Shown: piece by piece, positions 1 through 11,179 of the stretch
Layout of the letters: every line of letters starts with the position of its first letter
Numbering within the stretch: position 1 is the stretch's first letter
Source: Dicyema japonicum
Lineage: Eukaryota > Animalia > Dicyemida
NCBI GenBank assembly: GCA_011109175.1
Contig: RDEW01000024.1
Span: 303,199-367,198 of the forward strand
Reading direction: 5' to 3'
DNA length: 64,000 bases
Program-made: the position numbers and the translations under genes
The notes under the pieces: model-generated
Databases searched by the model: none
The model's input: only the letters and a program-made list of their open reading frames with translations
Told to the model about the DNA's origin: nothing

Positions 1-118
1 CTTTTCACGAGAGCCATAGTATTTTATAGCTCCGCATAGGCAGGACACACACTTTATTTAATAAAGAACAGTTAATTTTAACTAATCTTAGAACCAAGGA
101 ATGATCTTAACTTCTTAT
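1..118 (-). mobile_element. Partial SINE copy (3' half), same family as 35722-36030
   Basis: tagctccgcataggcaggacacacactttattta...aagaacagttaattttaactaatc is near-identical to 35759-35820. Confidence 0.8.
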
Positions 119-277
119 GTACTACATTGGATCACGTGATAGTTAGTTTAGTATTTACCTTGATCTTAGAATGTTAAATAATAATAAATAACCATATAAT
201 TGGTTTTTTGGTGTCGTATGTAGTTATGTGACTATTTTTATTAAAAGTCTCTCTAACTTCTAGTTGCATCCACCTTA

Positions 278-828
278 CACTCAATCCCATAAATGATGTC
301 CAAGTTATATATATATAAATAATACACAAGTAAATCTATATTTTAAAATTTTAATTTTATAGACCGTTATTATTTTTAGATGAAACCGGGTTTAATTTGC
401 ATACATCAATTAATTATGGGTATTCCCAATTAGATTTCATCATTGTGATGAAATTAAAGATTTCTTTATTACGAATAGTGTTACAACATTTTATTTACCC
501 CCATATTCAACTGACTTGAACCCTAATTGAAAACTTTTTTTCTTGTGTGAAATCTCGTCTGAATGTAATTAGACCAAGAGCAACTGTAAAAGAGAATTAG
601 TAACAACTATCGGATTTGTTTTGAGTGGTCTCGAAACCGAGAATTTGTCCTCATATTACAGTTTTTGGGAAAGGGTAAATAGAATACAACAGTTTTTGGG
701 AAAAGGTAAATGGAATTAATAACAGATTAATTGAATAAAATACTTTTTTCCTAAATTATTTATTAGTATAATATATATAACTTGGACATAATTTATGGGA
801 ATTGGGTCAACATTTATGGGATTGAGTG
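278..828 (+). mobile_element. Internally deleted Tc1/IS630-superfamily DNA transposon
   Basis: Perfect 18-bp TIRs CACTCAATCCCATAAATG (278-295; reverse complement 811-828). Flanked by TA at 276-277 and 829-830. Transposase remnants RPLLFLDETGFNLH (~361-400) and YLPPYSTDLNP-IE (~495-530). Confidence 0.93.
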
Positions 829-975
829 TATTCAGAAGACACCCAATCCAGGAATAATTTCAAGAGTCGACATTTTCATACTACCAGAAGGCTATCAATG
901 TTTTTTTATGAGAGTTCTACGGAACGAGTTTTGATCACGCAATTTGTTAGTGTGAATTTACTCTTAACTTTCATT

Positions 976-1200
976 TTATAGCATTATGTCTCTACCCATT
1001 TTTATGCAATTATATACTATAGAATGTTTAGTTTTGTCCACAAGTATATTTAATATCTTTATCGTCTCAATGCAGATAGAATGAGCAAACTTCGGTATTA
1101 CGAAGGCATATCTTATTAAAATCCACCAGTCAGAAATTAGTGGAATTTGGACAAGCCCCAGTGAGGAGATACGGAAATCATTACCTCCTGCTATTTTCAC
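976..1200 (-). mobile_element. Possible LTR-retrotransposon aspartic-protease C-terminal remnant
   Basis: VKIAGG...LGLVQIP...FVIP...ILNILVD resembles the C-terminal half of retropepsins; no catalytic DTG seen. Confidence 0.3.
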
Positions 1201-2545
1201 AGCTCCTAACCATGATATGATTCTTCAAAAACCATCCTTACTGTCTTTTAGAAAATAATTACTCGACCTCTTATAAATGGTCCAAAAGACAGGGACTCTA
1301 TTTTTGACATTGGAAATTACATGAATTCCGCATTTTAGATTAATAATTTATGACCAGCTCTATGTCTGTATCGAAAATCATTAATTTCGAATACTACGTT
1401 TTATTAAATGCGTCGGATCCAGGAACGTACACTGAAAAAAGTAATGATGACTGATTAAGGAGTCCTAGTTAACATGATTGTTTACAACTTTTTTAATTTC
1501 CTCTCAAAAAAACATTTCGTTGCAGGGTATCCGTTTAATTCGTAATAGTAAGTTGATCTATATTTTAATTTTTGTTCAATTATGCACATTCATTATTTTT
1601 GTTGAATTACGTAAAATATTTCTTTACTTCCGTAGGATCTCTACAAAAACCAAATATTTCATACTTTTATAAGCTTTATGTAATGCAGATTTTTATGATA
1701 TTACTCTTTGAGCAACAATTCAATCTAGAATAGTTCCAATTATTGTTCTTAATGAGTGAGATGTTGATAATTGAATTGATTGCGTTCATAGAATTCACTC
1801 ATTCAAAAGAACTAATTATATAACATACGACGTCATAATTTTTGAAAAATATTTTACTAAAACATGCCAACTACCCCATATATAATCATCTGATAAATAG
1901 TGATAACAATATCTGAGAACAACCTAAATCTCTGAAAAGATTTCTCGATTTATTATTTGTTGTAGCATTTTTAAATTTCTTTTGAAAATTAAAATAATTC
2001 CAAAGACCAACCAAATCGACTTCACTGATTGGTTATATTGATTTAGTACTTTTTTAAATATTCCAAAATATCACATAACTTTGAACCATTTTTATAGCCC
2101 ATGGGATAGTAACGATTTAAGATTTTTTAAACAACAATTAATTCTTACATTCGAATCGGGGTCTACACGGGACTTTGTCATTTTCCGGATTTTGATCCCT
2201 ACAGGACCTGGGAGTATCGTAGAAGTAGATACTGGAGTTGGACCTACTCGAGGCTTACCCATACCAAATGTTCCCTACATTCGAATTGGGTTCTACGCAA
2301 GACTTTGTTAACCAAATCATTGTTCCATAGAAGGCGGCTTGGGATTACTGTGAAAAAACATACTGGGAAGGGACCTACTAAGGGAGAACTAACTGGAGAT
2401 GGGCTTACTAGGTTTGTACTTACTACGCTCTGGATATAAGTGCAGGATTCATGGATCCAACACTAGAACGAGATTAAAATGGAGACGGGGTGCAGCGGAA
2501 TTGTCTAGGCCGTATAGGCGGATAGGTTTAAGTAATATTTAATAG

Positions 2546-3560
2546 ATGTGATGAAGAACATTATATCATTGCGTTAAAACGATATGAAAGGTTTCAATTA
2601 GATCTTAATGATCTAAAAAGATTTTATTCTGTCAACGATAAATACTCACTGTAATTGATGTAAATTCAAAGTTGGCCATAACAAAAAATTAATACAAATC
2701 TGGTTTTGACGTAAGACGCTTGAAATCATATATTTATTTTAGGTTTCAATGAAGTTAACAAGCATATTCTATGACTATGGGCCATTTATGATTTTACAAT
2801 CAGACTGGTACAGAATTTAAAAATTCTAATATTCGGGCACTTACTAATGAACTTAATATTATACAAGTTCTCGAAGACCAAATAATCCTCGTTCTTAAGG
2901 TATTCAATTTTATATATATTTTTAGAGGTATCATAGAAGGATTCAATCAAATCATCACACGGATTCTGTCAAAATTGATGCGAAAAATGCTGAAAAATCT
3001 TTGATTCAAATATTACCTAGTGCCACTTATTTGTATAACATAACTGTAAATTTGTTGAGCGGAAGAACATTTTTTGAGATTTATAGAGGCATTTCTGGTT
3101 TTAATACTGTTACACTAAATGATATTGACTTAATTTTTAAAATTTTGTCATAGATTTGGAGAATGATATTTGCGACGAGACAGTAATTACTGATGTCGTT
3201 CAGTATGATGAGTCGTAGAAGAAACAAATAATGAAGCTGCAAAGTCTGCTTGTGAAATGGGTTAGAAAAATGATTTTAAATTTAGAAAACTTTTAACTTA
3301 AGTTCAAAAAACCAAATTTGAATTCACCTTATTTTAAAAGGATGAACAAAAAGATGAATGTTCATCATGGTAAATATACGCTTTCAATAGGGGATCAAGT
3401 TTTTATTGAATAATTAAGTTTAAAAAAATTATGGAACTTATATCAAACAATCGTGTAGAGTAAAAAATATTTTTAAGTTTGTTTTAATTAATCGATATAT
3501 TGTTGACATGATTTTGACATATGACGTAATTGACAAATGAATTGTTGCGCGTTAAGTACG
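2546..3560 (+). mobile_element. Decayed Ginger/KRBA2-SCAND3-like DDE integrase (rve) with spliceosomal introns
   Basis: Motifs ERFQLDL, ILTVIDVNSK, ILQSD(N)GTEFKN, RPNNPRS*G|IIEGFNQ, YLYN...TFFEIYRG and SIGDQVFI. GT-AG introns at 2711-2742 and 2900-2927 restore the frame. Several stops and frameshifts. Confidence 0.8.
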
Positions 3561-3679
3561 GATTTCTGGCAATATTCGCCTCAGCAACCTACTTCAGAGA
3601 TCCTATAAAACCTTCTCGTCCACTATGGAACTCTAAGTGTTGAATAAGTATGTTGAAGTACATGATGGAATGTAATTTA

Positions 3680-3960
3680 TTATACTCGCTTGGAGACCTC
3701 CAAGGCCATATGACCCTCGACAGTGAATTTCTGAATATACTTGGGGGTCGGATTTCTGCCCTTCCGGAAGATTTTCTTAAACACTATTTTCGACTTTAGA
3801 GAGTTTCGCTCAATATAACGAGGTGAAATCTTCCACCAGTTACCCAATGTCATCAATAAAAAGCAACCAAGAAAAATATTAAACATGTGCCTGTACAAAA
3901 AAGAGAAGTGATAACATGCAGCGACTCTTGTAGAAAACCTGTCTCGCAGTATCAATGAGT
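3680..3960 (-). mobile_element. LINE reverse-transcriptase remnant
   Basis: LFIDDI (YADD-like) followed by a W...NSLKSKIVF segment; heavily decayed. Confidence 0.35.
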
Positions 3961-4299
3961 TACTATCAATCTTAGACCTTTGATTAAGAAATTTATGGGG
4001 GACACAAATTATCTAAAAATTAGTCGAATCAAAATCCAGTTTTTTTATTTTATCTTCACTAAGAATAAGCTACTTTTAGAGTATGAGAAAAAGAATTCAT
4101 AAAGAGGTTCACCAATCAATTAAAAACATTGTTTTTAATGAGCGTAGATGTCTGTATTTTGAATTGCGTTTGTAAAATTCCCTCACATTCAAAAACTAAT
4201 AATAAAAAAGCATAGTAATTATCGAAATAGTATTTTACTGCATCTTCCAACTTTCCCATTTAATAATTATCCAGTCGCTCTATTAGACATCCCCAAAGA

Positions 4300-4735
4300 T
4301 CAACAAATTGAACGCCAGAAGAATTTCCTCAGATTAACGAGTCTGTTTATGCGCTCCTCGTTTTGATTTCATGAATGCTCACAACGTGTGAGTATAGGCA
4401 ACACTATAGCGTTGAACACTTTGACCCAGGCATCACGTCTGACCTGATTAGTATCATCCGACCAATCCTGCCTCTTACGAGAGCGGTATGCTCCTCACTC
4501 CAAAGTATCTTGATCGCCTAGTGACCTCAATTAGCGTAAGATTTATCAACAGTGCTCTTCATTTTCCGACACGGCATATCTAGTCTTAACGAGTAATCCC
4601 AGAATACTATGTAATATGCATAGACAACCATCTCTGTACTCATATTGTGTGGGTAAGGGTGCGAAGACAAATATACATTGAAAGGGTTGTGATCATCACC
4701 GATTCTGATGGATCTCCCGGATAGATCTAAACAAC
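4300..4735 (-). mobile_element. LINE reverse-transcriptase remnant
   Basis: Decayed QGSV..FNVY, VYAYYIVF (from YADDIV) and RYFGV (KYLGV-like) motifs in the expected order. Confidence 0.5.
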
Positions 4736-4752
4736 TATACCATTTCAGGTTT

Positions 4753-5037
4753 AAAGTGGGTCTTACCAAAAGCAAAGTGGTTCTTTCCAAAAGCAAAGTG
4801 GTACTTACCAAAAGAATAGTGGAACTTACCAAATGCATAGTGGAACTTACCAAAAGGAAAGTGGTACTTACCAAAATAGTGGAACTTACCAAAAGCAAAG
4901 TGGAACTTACCAAATGCTTAGTGGTACTTACCAAAAGCAAAGTGGAACTTACCAAAAGCAAAGTGGAACTTACCAAAAGCAATGTGGGTCTTACCAAAAG
5001 CAAAGTGGAACTTACTAAAAGCAAAGTGGTACTTGTA
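4753..5037. repeat. 21-bp minisatellite (consensus AAAGTGGAACTTACCAAAAGC), ~13.5 units
   Basis: Directly visible tandem units without spacers; one unit shortened to 18 nt. Confidence 0.97.
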
Positions 5038-5074
5038 GGATATTGACGCGTAATATTTTATCAGTGACCCCTCT

Positions 5075-5520
5075 TATTAACTGGTCAGTGAAGTATGACA
5101 CCAGGAGTGACCACAATCCAATATTTTTGGAGGTCAAAACGAGGTCTCGGATAAAATGACAATGCCCAACGATAACAAACTACAGCCTTGCGAATTGGAA
5201 AAAATTCAAAGAATACGTCGATAATTGTATTGGACTATTAAATTTCCTCACTTTTCCCTCCGTCGAACAATTAGTGAAATGGTTCAACTCCATTATAAAC
5301 GCTGCGAAAATGAAGTACATTCCTATGGGGAGACAACCTACGTAATCAAAACGTTTCAACACAACGACGAAACATCTGATCAGAGAACGAAATAATCTAA
5401 AGATGGTAAAATCGCCAACAGAAAAGAACATCAGGAAAATACGAGAGCAGAACACAGAGATCGACAACAACATAAAGACAGAAAATGCAAATAGATGGAC
5501 GAGACTATCGAAGGCTCTCT
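5075..5520 (+). mobile_element. I/Jockey-like LINE fragment (end of APE endonuclease plus linker)
   Basis: NWSVKYDTRSDHNPIFLEV then YSLANWKKFKEYV; homologous to 47040-47160. Confidence 0.75.
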
Positions 5521-6132
5521 AAAACCCATAAATCCATTTTGTAAAGGTTTTTGGCTATTATTTTTACAAAAATCTACTTCAAAATAATTTTTAAAAGCTA
5601 GTTCGGAATATTAATTATCATAAAATTATGATTAAGAATATTTGAGTGCATCGGTGATATTGGAGATATTTTGTTAAATTTATAATTACTTGAAAGATTC
5701 TTATTCTGAAAGATTATTCAGCAAATCCTTCTCTGCGCCTACAAAGGGTTATCATTCTTACAAAAATCTTGTCACTGTGGTAGTAACTAAGCTCATTTAT
5801 CTTTCATCCTATTCCTCTTCGCTATGCGGTTCATTATGGATAGTAATCAGCTTAATGACTACTCATATTTCGACAATGAATGCTCTAAAAATAAAATATC
5901 CTCAGCTCCAAGAAGAACAAAAGTTGTCCTGTTAGTTCTTTTGTTTGCTGAAGCAAGTAAAGAAGCCATTACTATACGTGTATAATAAAAATGAATATAA
6001 GAATATTAAATAAATAAGAAACGACAACTATATAATAACACATCACAATTATATCTCATTTATTAATCAAAAATAGTTAAAACAATTGAATTTGCGAAAA
6101 ACCAATTTGGTTTAACCATTTTAAAAAATAAA

Positions 6133-6818
6133 TTATTCGATTATCGGATATATAGTATTTAAAGGAAATTTGCAGTTATTCATCCGGCGTGCCAGTTTCA
6201 AATATCCATTAATTTTCCAATATTTTCCCCATCAATTTTTAATTAGGCAATATTTTTTTCAATTCGAAACTCCATAACCAACAACGGACATTACATGATT
6301 TGTTTTATCATTAAAACAATGTTTGATGTAGTATATTCCTTAAAGGTTTCACTTATAATTACCTCGATGATAATTATGAAAGATATTAATGGAAGAATAA
6401 AATTCAACAGTAACAGGACCAGACTTTACGAGAACATGCATAAGCATTTTTTCATCACCATTTTTAATTTTTATATACCTAGTCAAATTAAATTTAATAT
6501 TTGGTTGTCCATTATTGCATTTACCTTCCTACATCATTATTTTCAAAAAAANNNNNNNNNNNNNNNNNNNNNNNNNNNNNNNNNNNNNNNNCTTACTTTT
6601 CTTAAAAATAGCCATTCTCACTTGGAATTCAGTCCAGAATATGATTTATCTAAGTGAAAATTATCTTGACTATATATTTCTATAAAATTATTCCATTGGA
6701 TTTCATAATATTCATCCTCGTTGATGAAATCATTGATTAATTCATACTTGAAATGAATTGTAGACGAACTTAAGTAACTAAAAAATAAATGGCAAGTAAT
6801 GATAATCAGGCCGATCAT
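6133..6818 (-). pseudogene. Cathepsin L-like (papain C1A) paralog, inverted copy of 10010-11179, probably a pseudogene
   Basis: Exons 1, 5 and 6 align closely to the plus-strand gene, with introns at the same positions. In-frame TGA at 6259-6261 and 6232-6234, W>C in YWLIKN, and 1-nt deletions in exon 2 next to the gap. Middle exons fall in N-gap 6552-6591. Confidence 0.85.
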
Positions 6819-7169
6819 TTTAATTAATTCCGCCTATTTTTTATAAAAAAAATTTTCAAATATAATATTATAAAATTATATTTTAAAAAAAATAATCCTC
6901 TTAATCATATTTATTAATACTTAAAAATGGGAAAATGATAATGAAATTTATCAGTAATATGAATAGTTAGTTTAATTTCTGGCCTGGATTACGAATGTTA
7001 AATAAATAAACAATAAATAACCATATAATTAGCCTAGTGGTGTCGTGTTCTATATTAGCTATTTGAGTAAATTTCTCTAACTTCAAGTGGCAGATCAACC
7101 ATACTCTGAAGACACCAAATTTCTGGCATTCATTCAAAAACAAATATCTTTTCATTCAATCGTGAATTG

Positions 7170-7360
7170 ATCAAGATTCACTATATTATTCATCAAGGAG
7201 CTTAGCTGCCAACTCAATAAATTATGTGATACAGTGAATGCTGCTGATAATCTAATTTATTTTATTTTATCATGTGTCTTAAGTCGTCATGAGTTCGAAC
7301 AATTTTTAATAGATACTGAAGCAAAATATGGAGATATTTTATAATTTTGCAAGATCATAA
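7170..7360 (+). mobile_element. hAT (Buster/GTF2IRD2-like) transposase remnant
   Basis: IHYIIHQGA (HCIIHQEAL-like) and LSRHEFEQFLIDTEAKYGDIL motifs. Confidence 0.7.
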
Positions 7361-7899
7361 AAATCTAAACAAGATTTTTTCAATTACGTTTGATTTTGAA
7401 ACTGAGACAGCAGCAGAATGTTATCAAACGTAATAGAGTCATCAAAGAAATAAGGAATGGAACTGCTATGAGACTCAATACTAACCATTACCGAAAATTA
7501 TTCCACAGCGTTATGAATTGCCATCATCCACAGTTTATGTTAAAATTGTTTTCCAAAAAACGAACAAGAATTCATCTGTTATTTTAAAAAAGATGCAAAT
7601 GCTTTTTATTTTCAAATATATTGTACAAGTTATTCAGACTATTACCACTAAGCATAAAAATTAATGACCGCTGTACATTTAAATTACCTATTGACTAATT
7701 ATTTTTATTGAATTAATTTAAAAAATTAGTTGGTTAGTTTGTCAGTTAAAATTTATTGTGTTATGTTTACATTACAACTAAACGAATTAGAAATTCTTAT
7801 TAATGAATCTTTCCTCAACAGGATCCTTTTTGACTTTCATCAAAAGGGCGTACAGCCATTTCCGCGAATCCCTTGGAGACGTCGAACCTAGTCCAGGCA

Positions 7900-8430
7900 C
7901 ATGGAATACAAACAATTCGGGATCTCTCGAAAAAAGAACGAGCTGATGGAATTTTTATCCTCTTACGACGTGGACATTTCATTAATATAAAAAAACCTAT
8001 TGTCTCCATCATGTCCTACTACTCAATTAAAAAGTAATCCTCCATTCTCGTAAACCATAAATGAAACAAATGGGATGATTTATAAAACTCATTTTGACAG
8101 TGTTCTCTTCAATAACACAACACAGTCAACATTTCTAACAAGATCATTTATTACAGATTATAATCAACAACTTGAGTACAAAATCATCAGGGATATATTC
8201 TTCCTCCTCCGAGTTGCTGAAAAAAGATTTTAGCAGATATCTATAGGATCTCGTACTTGAAGAACATATTTGTGTGCGAGGATATTAATACCTGGAATCT
8301 TCTATGGTCTGTCGAAACTGAATCCACAAGAGTAATATATCTCGTCGCAGATTGTAAGCCTTGCAGTCATAAATCCGTCTCCAACATACTCGTACACTTT
8401 TACGATCATGCGAATCCAACACCTACCGAT
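7900..8430 (+). mobile_element. LINE APE endonuclease remnant
   Basis: KKNELMEFLSSYDVDISLI(Q)E-type N-terminus and decayed GDxN..W motif; related copy at ~44800-44900. Confidence 0.55.
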
Positions 8431-8654
8431 CTCTAAACTATATCTTCTTGGTTTCATCAAAATCCTTTCAAAATATTTTAATTTCGATTCTGAATAAGAA
8501 AGATATAAGCTATAATGAGGTAGATGGAGAGACTAGACGTGAAAGTCCTCTTCGAATTGTGGTTCAATTGTCTCAGTATGGGATAATTATTTCTTTCCCA
8601 TGTGCTCTGCTTCGACCAACGAGAAGTAATGTTTTCCCTACTAAAATTACTGTT

Positions 8655-8815
8655 TAGGCAGAACTCGCATTTTATTAAGAACAGTCATTCAATTTTATCT
8701 AAAGCATTAATTTTAAAGTGAAAATGTTTTAAACTGATCGTTCTATTTTTTACTTATGTGGGAGTCCAAAAGACTATTCAGTTCCTGTGATGAATTACTG
8801 ATACGGCCGAGACGG
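8655..8815 (-). mobile_element. Diverged partial SINE copy (family of 35722-36030)
   Basis: aggcagaac..tttattaagaacagt and tctatttt...tgtgggag...gactattcagttcc match 35770-35893. Confidence 0.6.
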
Positions 8816-9349
8816 CTTTATCATTAACAATACATCTCCATTTTTTTTGTGATAAACTACCAAGTGATATGAAGTTTTTTCTCTCTCGACATTCTTGAAC
8901 TCTCGGACACTCTTCTCACGAAGAATCGGTCAACTAATCTTACCCTTTCATACAACAATCGCGGGTGCTGCAGTCTACTCTAGTTGATTGACATCTCATT
9001 TCAGATGGGAATCTACACGCAGTAGGATGCGCCCTTCTAACTCTATTTTGTATCTTAGTGAGAGATAAGCAGGAATGATCTATAATTGTTATGCAAATTC
9101 AGCTCCTAAAAGATACAATAAGGGGAGAGATACAAAGTCTGTTTGGACATATCCAACGGTATTTGCCAACTCGTTATAAAAGCAAATTTCGATTTGCACT
9201 CCAAAAAGACTTAAAGAGTTCTAGTGAAGCAGATAACCTAGATGCTTTAAAAACATCATATCCTTAAGAATAGCATCAGTCATCACTCAATAGTTTGTCA
9301 CAAGAAATCTGAACCCGAAAACACTTTATTCAACAAAAATTAGTGTTAG

Positions 9350-9720
9350 TTTGAGGTTATAAACGAGTCCGTCTATGCGGTTGGACACTTCCGTTGCAAC
9401 CCATCTCCATTTTAATCTCGTCCTAGCGTCGGATCTCTTTGAACCTCTTCTCCGCAATATGTTTGATCAATGCAAGAATCTAGTATTCTTCCGTACTCAG
9501 GACATCAAACAGCTTTTTCCTAAGGACAACAATATTGCTGAATTTCTCGACATTTCCATGAGCAACATTATCGTATATTTTGAGGAGAGAAAAACAGATT
9601 TCAAACGAGCTTTTTCCAAAAAACAAGCAATTGAAGTGACTGGTTTCTATTCCTTGCTCGAATCCGTCAGTTTGTGTAGACACGGAAAAGTTCTTATTTA
9701 ATTGCTAGACTTTTTCCTCA
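9350..9720 (-). mobile_element. Probable LINE ORF2 C-terminal remnant; last ~70 bp shared with 2455-2522
   Basis: Reverse complement gatccgacgctaggacgagattaaaatggagatggg matches plus-strand 2456-2490; ETSHFNC zinc-knuckle-like remnant. Confidence 0.4.
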
Positions 9721-10009
9721 TTGTCATGTTTATTCCAGATGTTCTCTCAGAATGCGAGGAACTCATTTTCAATATAGCTAAACTTGGCTTTTTCATGTTC
9801 TCTATTCAGATTCATGTATAATTACTTCCTATTAAGTATAAAGCACCAATTCTGTCTTTTAAATTTGGTCTTGAGTGATGAATTTTTAGTTTCTTTTCTA
9901 AGACTATAATTTCATCTTAGATGCAAGACGATAATTTAAAAAAATATAATTTTATAATATTTATTTTTGAAAATTATTTTTTAATAAAAAATAGGCGGAA
10001 TTAATTAAA

Positions 10010-11179
10010 ATGATCGGCCTGATTATCATTACTTGCCATTTATTTTTTAGTTACTTTAGTTCCTCTATAATTCATTTCAAATATGAATCAATTGATGAGT
10101 TCATCAAAAAGGATGAATATTATGAAATCCAGTGGAATAATTTTATAGAAAAATATAGTTAATATAATTTTCACTATAGATAAATCATATTCTGGACTGG
10201 AACTCCAAGTGAGAATTGCTATTTTTACAGAAAAGCTAAGATTTATTAACAGTCACAATTTGCTTTCAAAGCAAGGAAAAGTTACGTATGAATTAGGAAT
10301 AAATCAGTTTGCTGACATGGTTAAATTACAATTTATTTTCCTAGACAAGAAGAGAAATTACCAAACCAACAAAATTATCTGGTTCGTATATTTTTTATGA
10401 TTCATACGAAAATGAATTACTAAAAGATTACTCAGTGAACGTTAATAAAATTAAATATCCATCATCTTTAAATTGGAGAAAGCATAACTGTGTAACTAAA
10501 GTAAAAAACCAGGGACATAAATGCGTGTCGTGCTATGCATTTGGGGCAGTTAACGACTATTTAATGTATTTAGTTGGCTACATTGGAGTCGCATTTGGCA
10601 ATCAAACACAATATTCTTGTATCTTTGAGCGAACAAAACATTGTTGATTGTGCATATGATCATGGTTGTGATGGAGGAAATTCAAATAAAGTCTATATTT
10701 ATATAATGAAAAACGGAGGAATTAATTCTGAAAAGAGATACCCATATAAAGAAATGGTTTTTTTGAAAATAATTATGTAGGAAGGTAAATGCCACTATAA
10801 TGGACAACCAAATATTAAAATTAATTTGACTAGGTATATAAAAATTAAAGATGGTGATGAAAAAATGCTTATGCATGTTCTCGTTAAGTATGGACCAGTT
10901 ACTGTTGAATTTTATTCATCCCTGAATAGTTTTTGTAATTATCATCGAGGTAATTATAAGTAAAACGTTTAAGGAATATACTACATAAAACATTGTTTTA
11001 CTGATAAAACAGATCATGTAATGTCTGTTGTTGGTTATGGAGTTTTGAAGGGAGAAAAATATTGGCTTATCAAAAATGGATGGAGAAAACATTGGGGAAT
11101 TGATGGATACTTGACATTGGCACGCGGAAAGAATAACTGCAAATTTCCTCTAAATAGTTTTTATCCCATAATTCAATAA
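10010..11179 (+). CDS. Cathepsin L-like cysteine protease (papain family C1A), 349 aa, 6 exons
   Basis: Exons 10010-10157, 10180-10319, 10345-10548, 10574-10756, 10781-10949 and 10974-11179 splice to 1050 nt with no stops. Hydrophobic signal peptide, ERFNIN-like (ELQVRIAIFTEKLRFINSHN) and GINQFADM prodomain motifs. Mature domain has NQG..CVSCYAF, SEQNIVDC, GCDGG, YPY, GPV, DHVMSVVGYG, YWLIKNGW and WGIDGY. Confidence 0.96.

Noticed and set aside
4527-5046. ORFs of 165, 112 and 61 aa; possible CRISPR-like array
   Set aside because: The ORFs arise from a stop-free 21-bp tandem repeat; there are no unique spacers and no cas genes
6232-6261. TGA recoded as Gly (both in-frame TGAs align to GGA in the intact cathepsin)
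   Set aside because: The same copy has other lesions (W>C, 1-nt deletions). One TGA sits at the canonical Ser of KNSW, one change from TCA. No intact gene here uses an internal TGA.
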